Shown: positions 37,557 to 51,557 of the stretch, piece by piece | Layout of the letters: each line of letters opens with the position of its first letter | How positions within the stretch are numbered: position 1 is the stretch's first letter | NCBI GenBank assembly: GCA_964016885.1 | Contig: OZ024743.1 | Location: 299,894,001-299,958,000 of the forward strand | DNA from: Eledone cirrhosa | Lineage: Eukaryota | DNA: 64,000 bases | Direction: 5' to 3' | The notes under the pieces: generated by a model | What the model was told of the DNA's origin: nothing | Database searches by the model: none | The model's input: the letters and a program-made list of their open reading frames with translations, nothing else | Program-made: the position numbers and the translations under genes

Positions 37557-40500
37557 TTATACTTCTCTTAGGTCAGTGTTGTTTGTTTGGGTGTTGTTGT
37601 TGTTCCACTCATTCTTTCTGTTTAGCTTTGGTCTTCTAATTTCTATTTCACTGGCGTCTCTGATTTGCCTATCTGCTGGGTCATTCCTATGTTTAGATAT
37701 TATTCTAATTTCTATGTTGTCTATGTTACCGTCATGTTGTTGTCTAGCATGTTCGTATAGTACTGACCCGTTTTTTCGTCCTTTTAGTTCCCCCCAGTGT
37801 TGGTCTATCCTTTCACCTATGCTACGAGCTGTCTCACCTATGTATGTTGTTGTCATGTTTCTGCAAGTACCCTCTGTACATCTTATGCTATAGACTACGT
37901 TTCTATTTTTACAGTTTATCCGGGGGTTCACCTTACATATGATACACTTCCTATTGGTACAGTGGGTTTTCTTAAAAGGGTAGGTTTTGCTGATCAGGGA
38001 TTTTATGGTGGTTCCTGGCTTTTCTACCACCTTTATTTTTAAGTGTGTCTTTCTCAGGGGCTTTCTACACTGGTTAGCTAATTTCCCTCCAGGGGTGGCG
38101 TCCACAAACATGACACTCTGATATCTCTGGTTGTCGTACCATGATGTGGCCTTCCCTATCTTATGTCTAGCCCTATCTAAGCTATTCCATGATTTGCTCC
38201 TGTATAGTGGGCAGATTCCTTTCATGTCCAGTTCTATGAGGGTCTTATACTTTTCCATGGCTCCTTCGTATACTCTGACTCTGTCTCTTTGGTTGTAGCC
38301 AGAGAACTGCATGCGGTTGATGAAGTGTTGGATGTGTCCTTCCAATCCTGTTGGGTCGCACATGCTGGACACATTCTTCATCACTCGTACCAAATCTGCG
38401 ATCAGAATATTAAAATTAGCACTACTGGACATTGCTGAGTTTTTGAGTATCAGGTATTTGGAGGCCATGGGTTTAGCATAGTGTGAGTGGAGAATTTGGG
38501 CTCTCTCGTCTATAGTGTTAATCCAGAGTTCTGTGTCTAATACAGGTAGTCTATTGTTAGGGTGTTTGGAAGGGAAGTCTATAGTTACAGTTATACTCTG
38601 GTGTATGGAATTAGCTATCTGCTGGATGCTTTCCATCGTGCTACGTTCTAAATCGAACTTGTTAGTGCTCTCTAGTGGGGGTGTTCTTATAACTATATTG
38701 ATATAATCTACATAACGAGTGTACATGATGAGGTCTATGGAGCTTTCATTAAGGAGATCTTTAAGTCTCCTTTCCCACCATACCATGAAAAGGTTGGCAA
38801 CATCACCAGCTATGCTGACGCCGATGGCTGCTCCCTCATTTTGGGTGTAGATTTTCTCATTGAACTTAAATATGTGGCCCTTTAGGGTAGTTTTGATACT
38901 AGCCCCTATTGCATGTGCGACCATTTTTCTTACCTGATCAGTGTTTTGGGGGGTCCGTATGGCTTTGGTCCACCCAATCCACCTTCCTATGGGAGTCTTT
39001 TTAGCCATTGAGGTTATGGTGGGGGTTCTACCTCTTATAGGTCTACTAGGGCAGAAACATCTAAGGTCATGGCTGTCTAGGTAGTCAGTGTCGTAGGTAA
39101 GTCTAAGTAGGAGGCCCAGTTCGTCTGTGTCGACGTCGCAGAACTCCACCTCACTCTCAATGATCATCTCCACACATCTTTTCACAGCAAAATCAATGTT
39201 AATGGATGGGTACAGTGACACTACATCCATGCTGCCTATTATGCAGTTGGATAGGCTCCTGTTTTTGTTGCACTCACTGATTCTGCTGAGGAGGTCCTCT
39301 GTACTTTCACATACATCTGGGGACATCTTGATTATGGGGCGTATAACCATTGAGAGGAAGTAGGAGATCCTGTAGTTGCTAGCTATATTAGCTCCGCATA
39401 CGGGTCTTGTTGGTGGTCCTGTTGTCGGGTCGTCGACTGTCTTGTGGTCTTTGCGGAGCCCATACAAGGGTGGTATGCCATTGTTAGACGCCTGGAAGTT
39501 GTTGGCAGTGCGTCTGCTTGGCTTTAGGATGTCAGTCCACATCATCATGTGAGCGTTGAGGATTTTTTCTCTCCCATCGTGTGTTATTTGTGCAACTTCG
39601 CTCGTGTTGGTGATGTGGGGTTGCATTGCCTCGATGTAGTTCGGCATGCTATCTATTGACATCCTACCAGACTTATCTGTGGGTAGACACACTACCTCAC
39701 CATCCCTTGTGCGCTGCTTGAGGTTAACCAAGCCTTCTACAGGTTTTCTCCCAAGTTGTTGGGCCTCTGGTCTGCTCTGTCTCATAGTGTACCTGTCTAC
39801 TACCTGTCTAATCTTATTTCTAGCTATGGTGAACTGTGCCTCCGTCTCGTCATCTATTTGCTGTGGTATGCAAACTCTTTTATTAAAGGGTAACCTCGTA
39901 GGATAGATATTACCCATCTTATATGTTTTGTCAGCTGGGTTGAAAAATAGTTTCTCTAAGGGGTTGTCGTTATTTCTATCGTCATAGTTGTGGGTGTTGC
40001 TATTATTGTTATCATGGTGGTTGTTGTTGTTTCTATCATTAGCATTATTATTATTATTGTTATGATTGCTAGATGTATTGTTGTTTACTTCACCGTTATT
40101 GTTGTTGTTGTTACTGCTATTTCTACCATTGTGGTTGTTACTATTATTATGTTTCTTGTTTTTGTTGATGTTGCTACATGTACTATTTTCATTATTACCA
40201 CTGTGGTTATTGTTGTTGTTGTTCGTATTGTTACCGTTATTACTACTGTGGTCACTGTTGCTGTGTCTGTGGTTAACGTTTCTATTATTATTATTATTGT
40301 GGTTGTTGTTGTTCCGTCTATCGCTAGTATTATTGCCATTATCACTATTTCTCACTTTACTGCCATTGTTATGGTTATGGCTGTTATTTCTATACCCAGA
40401 GTTATTGTTTATATTATTACTACCGTTATTATTGTTGTTGTTGTTTACCTTTGCATTCCAACGTATTTTTGTGAAACACTTTTCCTGCTCCGTTTTGCAT

Positions 40501-40819
40501 TCCATAGGGTTAATCTTTTTGTAGATGGCAAATTTTGGTGGTAACCTTAGGATTTGTTGTTCTTGTTCGCTGATTAAAGTGTTCCCATAGATATTTACTG
40601 TGTGGTCATTGGTAAATTCTTCCGGTAGTTTTACATCACTCATACGGATATTGTCGATGTTATCTGGGTATTTTTGAGAATATTCGATTTTCCTTTCTTG
40701 TAGTTTTTTCTTATTCATCCATTCTAATTTCTTCTTGAAATGCCTACAGCATTCGTTTTGAGCATATTTCGTTTCGCGTCGGATGACGCTCATGAAGTCG
40801 TCTCTCTCGTTTGCTGTGA
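37557..40819 (-). CDS. Penelope-like RT + GIY-YIG endonuclease (5'-truncated, uninterrupted frame, YVDY active site)
   Basis: TDKSG, LYGLRKDHK, RPV, SMDVVSLYPSI, QNEGAAIG, RYVDY, LPVLD, HYAKP, C..C..C..C, VVY..YIGETAR..ER..H, LNRKNEW. Confidence 0.9.
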
Positions 40820-43218
40820 TAGAGAAACTATTTTTCAACCCAGTTGACAAAACATATAAGATGGGTAATATCTATCCTACGAGGTTACCCTTTAATAAAA
40901 GAGTTTGCATACCACAGCAAATAGATGACGAGACGGAGGCACAGTTCACCATAGCTAGAAATAAGATTAGACAGGTAGTAGACAGGTACACTATGAGACA
41001 GAGCAGACCAGAGGCCCAACAACTTGGGAGAAAACCTGTAGAAGGCTTGGTTAGCCTCAAGCAGCGCACAAGGGATGGTGAGGTAGTGTGTCTACCCACA
41101 GATAAGTCTGGTAGGATGTCAATAGATAGCATGCCGAACTACATCGAGGCAATGCAACCCCACATCACCAACACGAGCGAAGTTGCACAAATAACACGAT
41201 GGGAGAGAAAAAATCCTCAACGCTCACATGATGATGTGGACTGACATCCTAAAGCCAAGCAGAAGCACTGCCAACAACTTCCAGGCGTCTAACAATGGCA
41301 TACCACCTTTGTATGGGCTCCGCAAAGACCACAAGACAGTCGACGACCCGACAACAGGACCACCAACAAGACCCGTATGCGGAGCTAATATAGCTAGCAA
41401 CTACAGGATCTCCTACTTCCTCTCAATGGTTATACGCCCCATAATCAAGATGTCCCCAGATGTATGTGAAACTACAGAGGACCTCCTCAGCAGAATGAGT
41501 GAGTGCAACAAAAACAGGAGCCTATCCAACTGCATAATAGGCAGCATGGATGTAGTGTCACTGTACCCATCCATTAACATTAATTTTGCTGTGAAAAGAT
41601 GTGTGGAGATGATCATTGAGAGTGAGGTGGAGTTCTGCGACGTCGACACAGACGAACTGGGCCTCCTACTTAGACTTACCTACGACACTGACTACCTAGA
41701 CAGCCATGACCTTAGATGTTTCTGCCTTAGTAGACCTATAAGAGGTAGAACCCCCACCATAACCTCAATGGCTAAAAAGACTCCCATAGGAAGGTGGATT
41801 GGGTGGACCAAAGCCATACGGACCCCCCAAAATACTGATCAGGTAAGAAAAATGGTCGCACATGCAATAGGGGCTAGTATCAAAACTTCCCTAAAGGGCC
41901 ACATATTTAAGTTCAATGAGAAAATCTACACCCAAAATGAGGGAGCAGCCATCGGCGTCAGCATAGCTGGTGATGTTGCCAACCTTTTCATGGTATGGTG
42001 GGAAAGGAGACTTAAAGATCTCCTTAATGAAAGCTCCATAGACCTCATCATGTACACTCGTTATGTAGATTATATCAATATAGTTATAAGAACACCCCCA
42101 CTAGAAAGCACTAACAAGTTCGATTTAGAACGTAGCACGATGGAAAGCATCCAGCAGATAGCTAATTCCATACACCAGAGTATAACTGTAACTATAGACT
42201 TCCCTTCCAAACACCCTAACAATAGACTACCTGTATTAGACACAGAACTCTGGATTAACACTATAGACGAGAGAGCCCAAATTCTCCACTCACACTATGC
42301 TAAACCCATGGCCTCCAAATACCTGATACTCAAAATCTCAGCAATGTCCAGTAGTGCTAAGTTTAATATTCTGATCGCAGATTTGGTACGAGTGATGAAG
42401 AATGTGTCCAGCATGTGCGACCCAACAGAAATGGAAGGACACATCCAACACTTCATCAACCGCATGCAGTTCTCTGGCTACAACCAAAGAGACAGAGTCA
42501 GAGTATACGAAGGAGCCATGGGAAAGTATAAGACCCTCATAGAACTGGACATGAAAGGAATCTGCCCTCTATACAGGAGCAAATCATGGAATAGCTTAGA
42601 TAGGGCTAGACATAAGATAGGGAAGGCCACATCATGGTACGACAACCAGAGATATCAGAGTGTCATGTTTGTGGACGCCACCCCTGGAGGGAAATTAGCT
42701 AACCAGTGTAGAAAGGCCCTGAGAAAGACCCACTTAAAAATAAAGGTGGTAGAAAAGCCAGGAACCACCATAAAATCCCTGATCAGCAAAACCTACCCTT
42801 TTAAGAAAACCCACTGTACCAATAGGAAGTGTATCATATGTAAGGTGAACCCCGGATAAACTGTAAAACTAGAAACGTAGTCTATAGCATAAGATGTACA
42901 GAGGGTACTTGCAGAAACATGACAACAACATACATAGGTGAGACAGCTCGTAGCATAGGTGAAAGGATAGACCAACACTGGGGGGAACTAAAAGGACGAA
43001 AAAACGGGTCAGTACTATACGAACATGCTAGACAACAACATGACGGTAACATAGACAACATAGACATTAGAATAATATCTAAACAAAGGAATGACCCAGC
43101 AGATAGGCAAATCAGAGAGGCCAGTGAAATAGAAATTAGAAGACCAAAGCTAAACAGAAAGAATGAGTGGAACAACAACAACACCCAAACAAACAACACT
43201 GACCTAAGAGAAGTATAA
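40820..43218 (+). pseudogene. Inverted second copy of the PLE RT/GIY-YIG (two frameshifts)
   Basis: ORFs 40783-41244, 41228-42859 and 42919-43218 reproduce the left-arm protein. Confidence 0.92.
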
Positions 43219-43505
43219 ATAAGTAAATAAAATTAAATAAAATAAGATAAATAAATACATACACAAGCACAATAACAACAAGCACATAAACACACACTAG
43301 TCACCCAGCAGACACAACACTATACACACTAGTCACACATCACACATAACACTATACACACACGCAAACGCATGCGCAAAGAAGACAAAAAAAAATAAAA
43401 TAAAATAAGATAAACAAACAAGCAAATAAATAAATAAATATATAGACAGACTGAATAAAAAATGGCGTAGGCATACAACACAACAGGAGGAACAATGAAT
43501 ATAAC

Positions 43506-43546
43506 ACCACTGACGATGTTGCAGATGTGCAACGAAAGATTTATGT
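43506..43546 (+). ncRNA. Hammerhead ribozyme core in PLE 3' region (right arm)
   Basis: ctgacga t gttgca gatg tgcaac gaaa gatt ta. Confidence 0.6.
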
Positions 43547-44168
43547 AAATTATGTAAACTATATATATATATATATGTGTTTGTGTCTATATTGTATCTG
43601 TATTATTTTTGGCCGCCGGTCAGTCAATGGCAACATTGAGGACCGAGTAAGTTAGATCGCAGATATAATAAAAGACAGCGAGAAGCGAAAACCAACCAAA
43701 CAGTGAGTGTGTTCTTTTATTAATTCTGGCAATATTACGCAAATATGACCCTCCCCAAGTATAACTATATATAAAGTATATTCTGTATATATAATTAATG
43801 AATTGATTACTGAGAGACCAACATATATGGTTCAGTATTGTTTCTACATCTCTGCTTGTGCTTAACTTCGCGGAATAAGTTATTAAATACCCATTGTGAT
43901 ACACCAGAGATTTTGATTATCTATTATATCAATCAGAAGGAGTGCAAATCTACTGATAAGTCTCCTTACTTATTTTGTGCATAAAAATCTACACAACAAC
44001 AAAAACTCGTGAATGGTCAGACTAGAAGCTTGTGGTGATTTGAATCGGTGAAATATCCAGAGTAAACCTCTGAACATCAGAGAAGTAATACTTATCGAAA
44101 TTATTTTCAAGTCATGCAAATATACTAGTATCAACGAATTGGAAATTAAATTTGCATATTATTGGTGT

Positions 44169-44319
44169 TTATGCTAGAAGCTAATTCAATTAGATATTAA
44201 ATCGTGCACTAAGCAAATGAGATCTACTAGAATATAGATCAGTACAAGTAGGTATTTATCGTTTATCTCAATAGCTTAGTTCACAATTCAATATCTAATT
44301 GAATTAGCTACCAGCGTAA
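44169..44319. repeat. ~150-bp imperfect palindrome (MITE-like)
   Basis: ttatgctagaagctaattcaattagatatt ... aatatctaattgaattagctaccagcgtaa. Confidence 0.75.
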
Positions 44320-44887
44320 GTAATAATATGATGCGATTAAAAATTACCAGCTGCCTGATGATATCATATTCGGTGGGCTTATAAAGCAATTAACTGCGTA
44401 TTTCTCCATAAAGTGAAGGAAGTATATGAGGTCTGTGATGGTGACCCAATTAGATACAAAATCTTGGTTCAGATAAGTCACTATCTTAGTGTCCGTGGAC
44501 AGATGTATAACTTACATATGTAAGTGTAACTGTTCACAAATCTTTGCCGCTTAAAATAAATGTTTATTTACATAGTCTATCACAGATGTTATTTTTACAT
44601 ACCTTTATATACAGACACACAGATACGCACGCATATGTTTTTGCGTCCATGTTTGTGTTTAGGTCACGAAACGTTGATCACATTATAATTACGAAACTTT
44701 AAAAAAATTATAATATTGTGTTCGTTATGATCGACGACACGTTAACAACTTATTTTCACTCCGTACAATAATGGTCACAATAACACGTTTTGTAATTGAT
44801 GTACGTGATTATTGTTACTGTTGTTCATTGTTGTACATGCGGATATAGACTTGTCTTTTTACATGTCACATATATATTTCTGCATAG

Positions 44888-44990
44888 GCAGATTGGCAGA
44901 GTCGTTAGAACGTCGGACAGAATGATTATGGTATCCGTTCCTTTTATTCTTTCGTGGTCGATAAAAAGGTACGAGTCCAGTACTGGAGTA
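44888..44990 (+). mobile_element. Degenerate SINE
   Basis: ggcagattggcagagtcgttagaacgtcggaca head; ggtcgataaaa..gtac..actgg core. Confidence 0.55.
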
Positions 44991-45429
44991 GATTCTTCCT
45001 TTACATCTCTTTCTCATTTCCTCTGTCACGCTTTCTATCTTTCTCTGAAAGAAATCAGGTGTACTCAGGCGTGGAGAGGGATGGGTTCTGCTTAAAAAAT
45101 GCCCAAGAAACGCAGTACGTCATTACGGTGCCCCAACGACTCTATCAGCTATTACGGGGCCATGTATGCATATATTTCTGTCTTTGTATATAAAGTATCC
45201 TCATAGCTTTATGAGTGAAAATGGTAGTTTTATATAGTAGGGTTTATTTTTCAGCTATGATGTCTTATTTATGTTTCCAACACTTCGGCCTATTACGGCG
45301 TTGAAGGACCCGGTGAACATGATACAATCCCAGCCTATCGTGCGAAATTGTCTTTCAAGATGTCCGATTCCACCTCCCACAGGTGATTCATGCACTGAGT
45401 AGGGGGCCAGAGTGAAATGTTTATATTCA

Positions 45430-45468
<39 letters not shown>

Positions 45469-46270
45469 ATCATTTCTAATTTTAGCGTTTCGTTTCGCCT
45501 TTCCTACCCGCCGAAATGCGATTCTCGCTAAATCTATATTTGTATATATATATAGGTGATGGTCATGTGTATATCCATGTAGATATATTGTGTCATTCAA
45601 CTTTGATGAATAATGTGAACACTGCATTAAAACCAAAGGAAAATGATAGTACACAAAACAATTGTTATATGTCTTTCTGCACCAAGTATCAAACAAAATT
45701 ATTTGACATTCTCGTCGTCCTAATGACAGAGAACGAGTGAAACACGTAACATGTGCCGGTGTATGTTACATCATCACGTTAGATATAAACATAATATGAA
45801 ATATGACAAATCAATATGCGTTCAAGTCACCAATTAATTCCAATATTTGCTGAATGTTTTGCTTCTTTTCCGGAAATGTAATCCTCCCATATGGCATAAT
45901 ATTATAATTGAGACCTTGTTCAGAATATTGTTTTTGCTTCCTATGTACTCGTTACATGGAAACCACTGTTTCATATGCTCTGGTAGTTAATTAATATTTT
46001 CAACAACTTGGATGTAGTTGCTGATTATCTCACAGTAACAATTGAAATCCAGTCACTAATTGTAAACACTATCTCAAAGGTAATTGAGACCTTGAGGATA
46101 TTCCACGTATTAAGAATTTTCACAATTGGAATTTCTTTGGAAATATAATTATGCAACTAAAATGGTTTCAGAGAATACGAATTTTATAACTACATCTCAT
46201 AATAAATTCGACAAAAAACAACTCATATCTCAATCACATCTAAATAATGAAATAATGAACATTCTGATAG

Positions 46271-46565
<295 letters not shown>

Positions 46566-47901
46566 TAGGAGGTGAGTTTTATTGTAGTACAATAAAGCAA
46601 TGCAGATATCGGATAAGAAGCACTCTACAGTTTGTAGGACTGGAGTATACATAATATAAGATCAAAAGATGGTTAAAGGAGTTCCATGTATTTTATTATG
46701 CGCATATCAAAAACAAACATCATCATGCAATAATATTTGTGTTTTCATCAGATAAAACAGGAGAACATGATATGAAGGCTAAAAAACACTTATGGATAGT
46801 GCAGTTTTAAATCAACATATGATAAGTGGTTTTAGATTGATGTGTGATATTGGGAAAAATATTTTATTTAGAGAGGGGGGTGGGGTGGAAAGGATTAAAA
46901 AGGGGAGGAGATGAGAGTGAAGGTGGAGAGTGAGAGATGGGTGATAGAGAGAAAGAGATAGTTTTTATAACTGAGAGAAGATATATTGTTTTACATAGAG
47001 AGGTCGAAAACCGTTGGAAGATAATGTATAAATTAAAAGAATTTGAAAATTAAAAATATTTTATTTAGGGAAAGGATGAAAAAAGGGGGAGGAGATGAGC
47101 GTGAAGGTGGAGAGGGAGAGATGGGTGATAGAGAGAAAGAGATAGTTTTTATAACTGAGAAAAGATATATTGTTTTACATAGAGAGGTTGAGAACCGTTG
47201 GAAGATAATGTATAAATTAAAAGAAGTTGAAAATTAAGGAAGGGAAAAATATTTACGAGGAAAGAGAGGGAGTTTATGTATGAAGATAGAGAGAAAAAAT
47301 AATAATTGCGGATGAATATTCTAACGTCAAAAAGGTGTATGTTGATAAGTATTGTGGCAATTTCAAAATTAACGAAGGGAAAAAATTATTAAGGTTTGTG
47401 TGTAGAAGGATTTGAGAAAAATAATGTGAAGTTAAAGTTTGTATATTGAAGGAATTGATAATATGTGCGAAGAAAGAGTTAATATGTATTAACAAATTAT
47501 TAAGGTTTGTGTATTAGATGATTTGAGAAAAATAATGTGAAGTTAAGGTTTGTATATTGAAGGAGTTGATAATATGTGCGAAGAAAGAGTTAATATGTAT
47601 TAAGAATGAGTTCGTTGATGGGGAGAAAAAATAATAAATTAAGGAGGAAATTGAGATTAAAAAGTTTTATGATAGAGAGAAAAAATAATAATAATTGCGG
47701 ATGAATATTCTAACGTCAACAAACAAATGTATATGTTATGAAGGATTTTACAAGGTGAAGATAGAATGAGGGTAATGAGTAAACAAGTATTATAGAGTGT
47801 ATAATTCCCTTTGAAGTAAGGTAGGAAGATGGGTATATTTTAAAGAGGTGTATGTATATGTGCCTTTGAGAAAAGATTCTAAATTGATAAAGAATTGAAT
47901 A

Positions 47902-49206
47902 TTAGCTGTATACTTTGTGAAAAGTCCTATGGAATTTATGCAGGCAGATAGAAAACAAATCTGTACGTCTATTTATTATAGAATCTAGATTAGAGATAAT
48001 GGTAAATTTTTCATTTAGGCAGAGATTACAGATTTTAGATAGAGAGCTGTTCAAGTATGAGGATGCAGAAGAAACCTTCTTCCAAAAGATGGTATATTTA
48101 ATGTTTTTGTCTTTCAAGGACCATATGAGTTCTGAGAGAGCCGTGTTGGTTCTTTTAAGTTTGTATTTAAAAGATGAATGGTGATTATAGAGACGAGCTT
48201 TAAAAGAGGTGGAAGTGGAGCCAAAATAGGTGAAGGAATTGGTGCTAGTTATAACTTTACATTCATAAATTAAGTTTTTATCAAGACAATGGTTGTTGAG
48301 AGGACATTTATTTTTAATGCGGCAGTTGCAATTAGAGAGATTATTAATGAGTGACCTAGTGTTATCTATAGAAGGAATTGGATTGGAGAAGTTGTTTGCG
48401 ATAGGAATAATAGGAATAATAGTTTCTTGATTTAGAGTTGGATTATGAACATTTAGCGAAGTTGTGTTTGACGTTGTATTTAGGTTTACAGAAGTTAGCC
48501 TAGGGTTTACAATGACGTCGGGAGTACTATTACTGTTATTATGAAATTCAATGTTGGAAGGAAGAGATTTAGTATTTAGTATTTTATTGTTGTGTTTAGA
48601 GATGATGTTGGAAATATTGGAGGATGTAGAATAATAAATTTGATGGTGTGTTTGTTAAATATTTTACTATAGATATGTGAGGGAGGGAAGCATTTATTTA
48701 AGGCACTAAAAATAATTTAGTAATATTGTTATTAATAGAGATGGAGAAAGGAGCATTATACCAGATTATGCTTTTGTATCTAGGTCTTTTATTAAAATTA
48801 TTGGAATGATCATGATTAATTATTCTACTGTAAGTTTTTCTAGAATTTGTTTCTTTACTATATTTGATTTTATCTGGTTAGCCGGCTTTAGAAAGTGTGT
48901 TATTATAGTAATTGGCGTTAGCATCAAAGATGTTTTTATTAGAAGATATGTTAGATATTCTTTTTCCAATATTACTAACTATAGCATTCTTGATATTGGT
49001 AGGATGGTTAGATTTAAAGTTAACATAATTTAGGTTCTCATTGTTTTTATGGTAAGGGTAATATAGGCCAGTGTCAAGATTAAGAGATACATCCAAGAAA
49101 TTAGCTAGTTTGATACTATTATCAAATTCAATTTTTAGGTTATGTTGGTTAAAGAGATTACGTATATTGTTCTTAATAATATTAAGGTTAACTATATTGC
49201 AATTTA
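47902..49206 (-). pseudogene. PLE RT thumb and GIY-YIG endonuclease remnant
   Basis: NFLD/SNHP; CNCR..CPL..CL; YFGST..FKARL.NH; CNLCLNEK..SICLH. Confidence 0.85.
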
Positions 49207-49660
49207 ACAAACCTTAATAATTTTTTCTCTTCGTTAATTTTGAAATTGCCACAATACTTATCAACATACACCTTTTTGACGTTAGAATATTCATCCGCAA
49301 TTATTATTTTTTCTCTCTATCTTCATACATACACTCCCTCTCTTTCCTCCTAAATATTTTTCCCTTCGTTAATTTTCAAATTCTTTTAATTCATACATTA
49401 TCTTCCAACGGTTTTCAACCTCTCTATGTAAAACAATATATATTCTCTCAGTTATAAAAACTATCTCTTTCTCTCTGTCACCCATCTGTCCCTCTCCACC
49501 TTCACTCTCATCTCCTCCCCTTTTTCATCCTTTCCAACCCCCCTCTCTAAAGAAAATATTTTTCCCAATATCACACATCAATCTAAAACCACTTTTCATA
49601 TGTTAATTTAAAACTGCACTATCCACAAGTGTTTTTTAGCCTTCATATCACGTTTTCCTG

Positions 49661-49727
49661 TTTTATCTGATGAAAACACAAATATTATTGCATGATGATG
49701 TTTGTTTTTGAAATGCGCATAATAAAA
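49661..49727 (+). ncRNA. Minimal type I hammerhead ribozyme
   Basis: ttttat-CTGATGA-stem II-GAAA-tgcgca-TA-ataaaa; the mate at ~46691-46757 (-) has GAAA->GATA. Confidence 0.75.
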
Positions 49728-49765
49728 TACATGGAACTCCTTTAACCATCTTTTGATCTTATATT

Positions 49766-49871
<106 letters not shown>

Positions 49872-51133
49872 GCGTAAAATGAAGAAAAGTAGATTTGTGT
49901 AATGATCCCGTTAATGATTTTGTTCCTGGTAAATTTATGGCTCACACCAAAAACGTAATTATTTCCCTATTGCGTCAAGGGGTTATGTATTCTAATTAGA
50001 GAATCAAATTAATACAAAAAATAAAACTCTATACGTTATGCTAGACAGTTTGATGCATAAGAGAGGGACATGTAGGCAAGACTATTGTACAAAAATACGT
50101 TACTGAAACTCTCTAGAAAGTTTTATATTGTGTGTCAATATTTATTGATAAAATTACAATGAAGTTGAGCAAAATGTAGTATGAAATTATGGCAGATGCG
50201 TATATGATACCTTTCATTTGATAAAATCACATAGGATTTCTAGTTAGACAAAAATTGATTAAAAGGTAACATTTCTGAGACAATGTTATATGGAAAGGAG
50301 CAGACTGAAAAATTGTGAGTGTTTGCACCTGATGTCCTCTTCCTTCAATTTTTGCTGTCTGAAGAAATCACAATATTTATTGTCATTGAAATATGTATAA
50401 AAGCTCAATTAATAAAGGACTCTAACATATTCAACTTCACATTTTCATCTTTATTAATATAATCCGCCATCCCTGTTTTTAGGAAGTAATATGACGTTGG
50501 GTGCTAGAAGTGAATGGCATCCTTCTTTACCGAATATATATATACATACATAGGCATTATCCAATTATGCCCTGGTTACTTTCCATACAGTCATCGAATG
50601 TTTCGATTCTTAGCTTGAAATAATATTAGGATGTATGGGCACACGTGTTTGTACACAGTCGTACGTTATAAGTGTCTCCATGATTAGTCATTTTCATACT
50701 TTTTAATAGTAAACTATGTTGTCTAAAACTTATTTCTTGTTTTAATAAAAGTGAGACAGGATTGCTAAAATATTAATGATGCCGGCAGAATACGTGGTGA
50801 TGACGCTGTTCAGAAATATAAATGTGCGTACACATAAGAATATATTTAGCTGCTGAAGCATACCGGATGCCAACAAAAAATAAACAGAAGCGTGCGGTGC
50901 TGTAACTGCGAGTAGTCATAATTTGCAAAGGTCATTCCATGTGAAGTGCCTCTATATGAACGTATAAATATATAATACCACATAGGCAACAGAACCCACA
51001 TATGCATCGGACGTTCAAACTGGTGAACCATGAGTAACTTTAGGTTACATACCAATAACCCTCTCACTGTCTGTCTGTCTGCCTGTCTCTGTCTCTGTCT
51101 CTGTCTCTCTTTATATATATATATATATATATA

Positions 51134-51352
51134 GTAATAATAATAAATTTGAAGAGTAAAATCAAAAGAGAGCTCGATAAGGATAAATATATATCAAATA
51201 TAAGAACTGTAGAGCAAAAATTTATTAAAATAGCACCTTAAAGTTTAAGCAAAGAATCGCTGCTTTCACCCGTAACGGGATCTTCAGAAGATGCCATTAA
51301 GGGTGAAAGCAGCCATTCTTTGCTTAAACTTTAATCTGTTATTTTAATAAAT
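51134..51352. mobile_element. Miniature inverted PLE-end element (same family as 36206-36737)
   Basis: Tail 51134-51220; arms 51221-51285 and 51287-51351 with almost no spacer; (TA)n flanks. Confidence 0.78.
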
Positions 51353-51404
51353 ATATATATATATATATATATATTAATTAATGTATATATATATATACAT
51401 ATAT

Positions 51405-51524
<120 letters not shown>

Positions 51525-51557
51525 AAATGTGTGTAATCCTTGGTACACTTAGGTATA

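Larger units (their letters stand above)
36963..43765. mobile_element. Penelope-like element in head-to-head palindromic arrangement
   Basis: 37016-39958 is the reverse complement of 40820-43765; RT and GIY-YIG ORFs point outward; TA-rich flanks. Confidence 0.95.

Noticed and set aside
40820-40850. ATG start of the 1097-aa ORF
   Set aside because: The first residues come from the antisense of the inverted arm; the element is 5'-truncated at the junction.
45295-45360. Hammerhead-like fold (ttgaaggac/gtctttcaa, catgata/tatcgtg, gaaa)
   Set aside because: Core reads ccggtga with two changes and stem III is absent; too degenerate to call.
50044-50102. ~60-bp repeat also at ~62647-62705
   Set aside because: Real similarity but too short to classify.
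51275-51300. CUGAAGA..GAAA hammerhead core on the minus strand
   Set aside because: The CUGA arises from the palindrome junction; other arms of the family read cagaaga or cagaaca and stems I/III are not evident.
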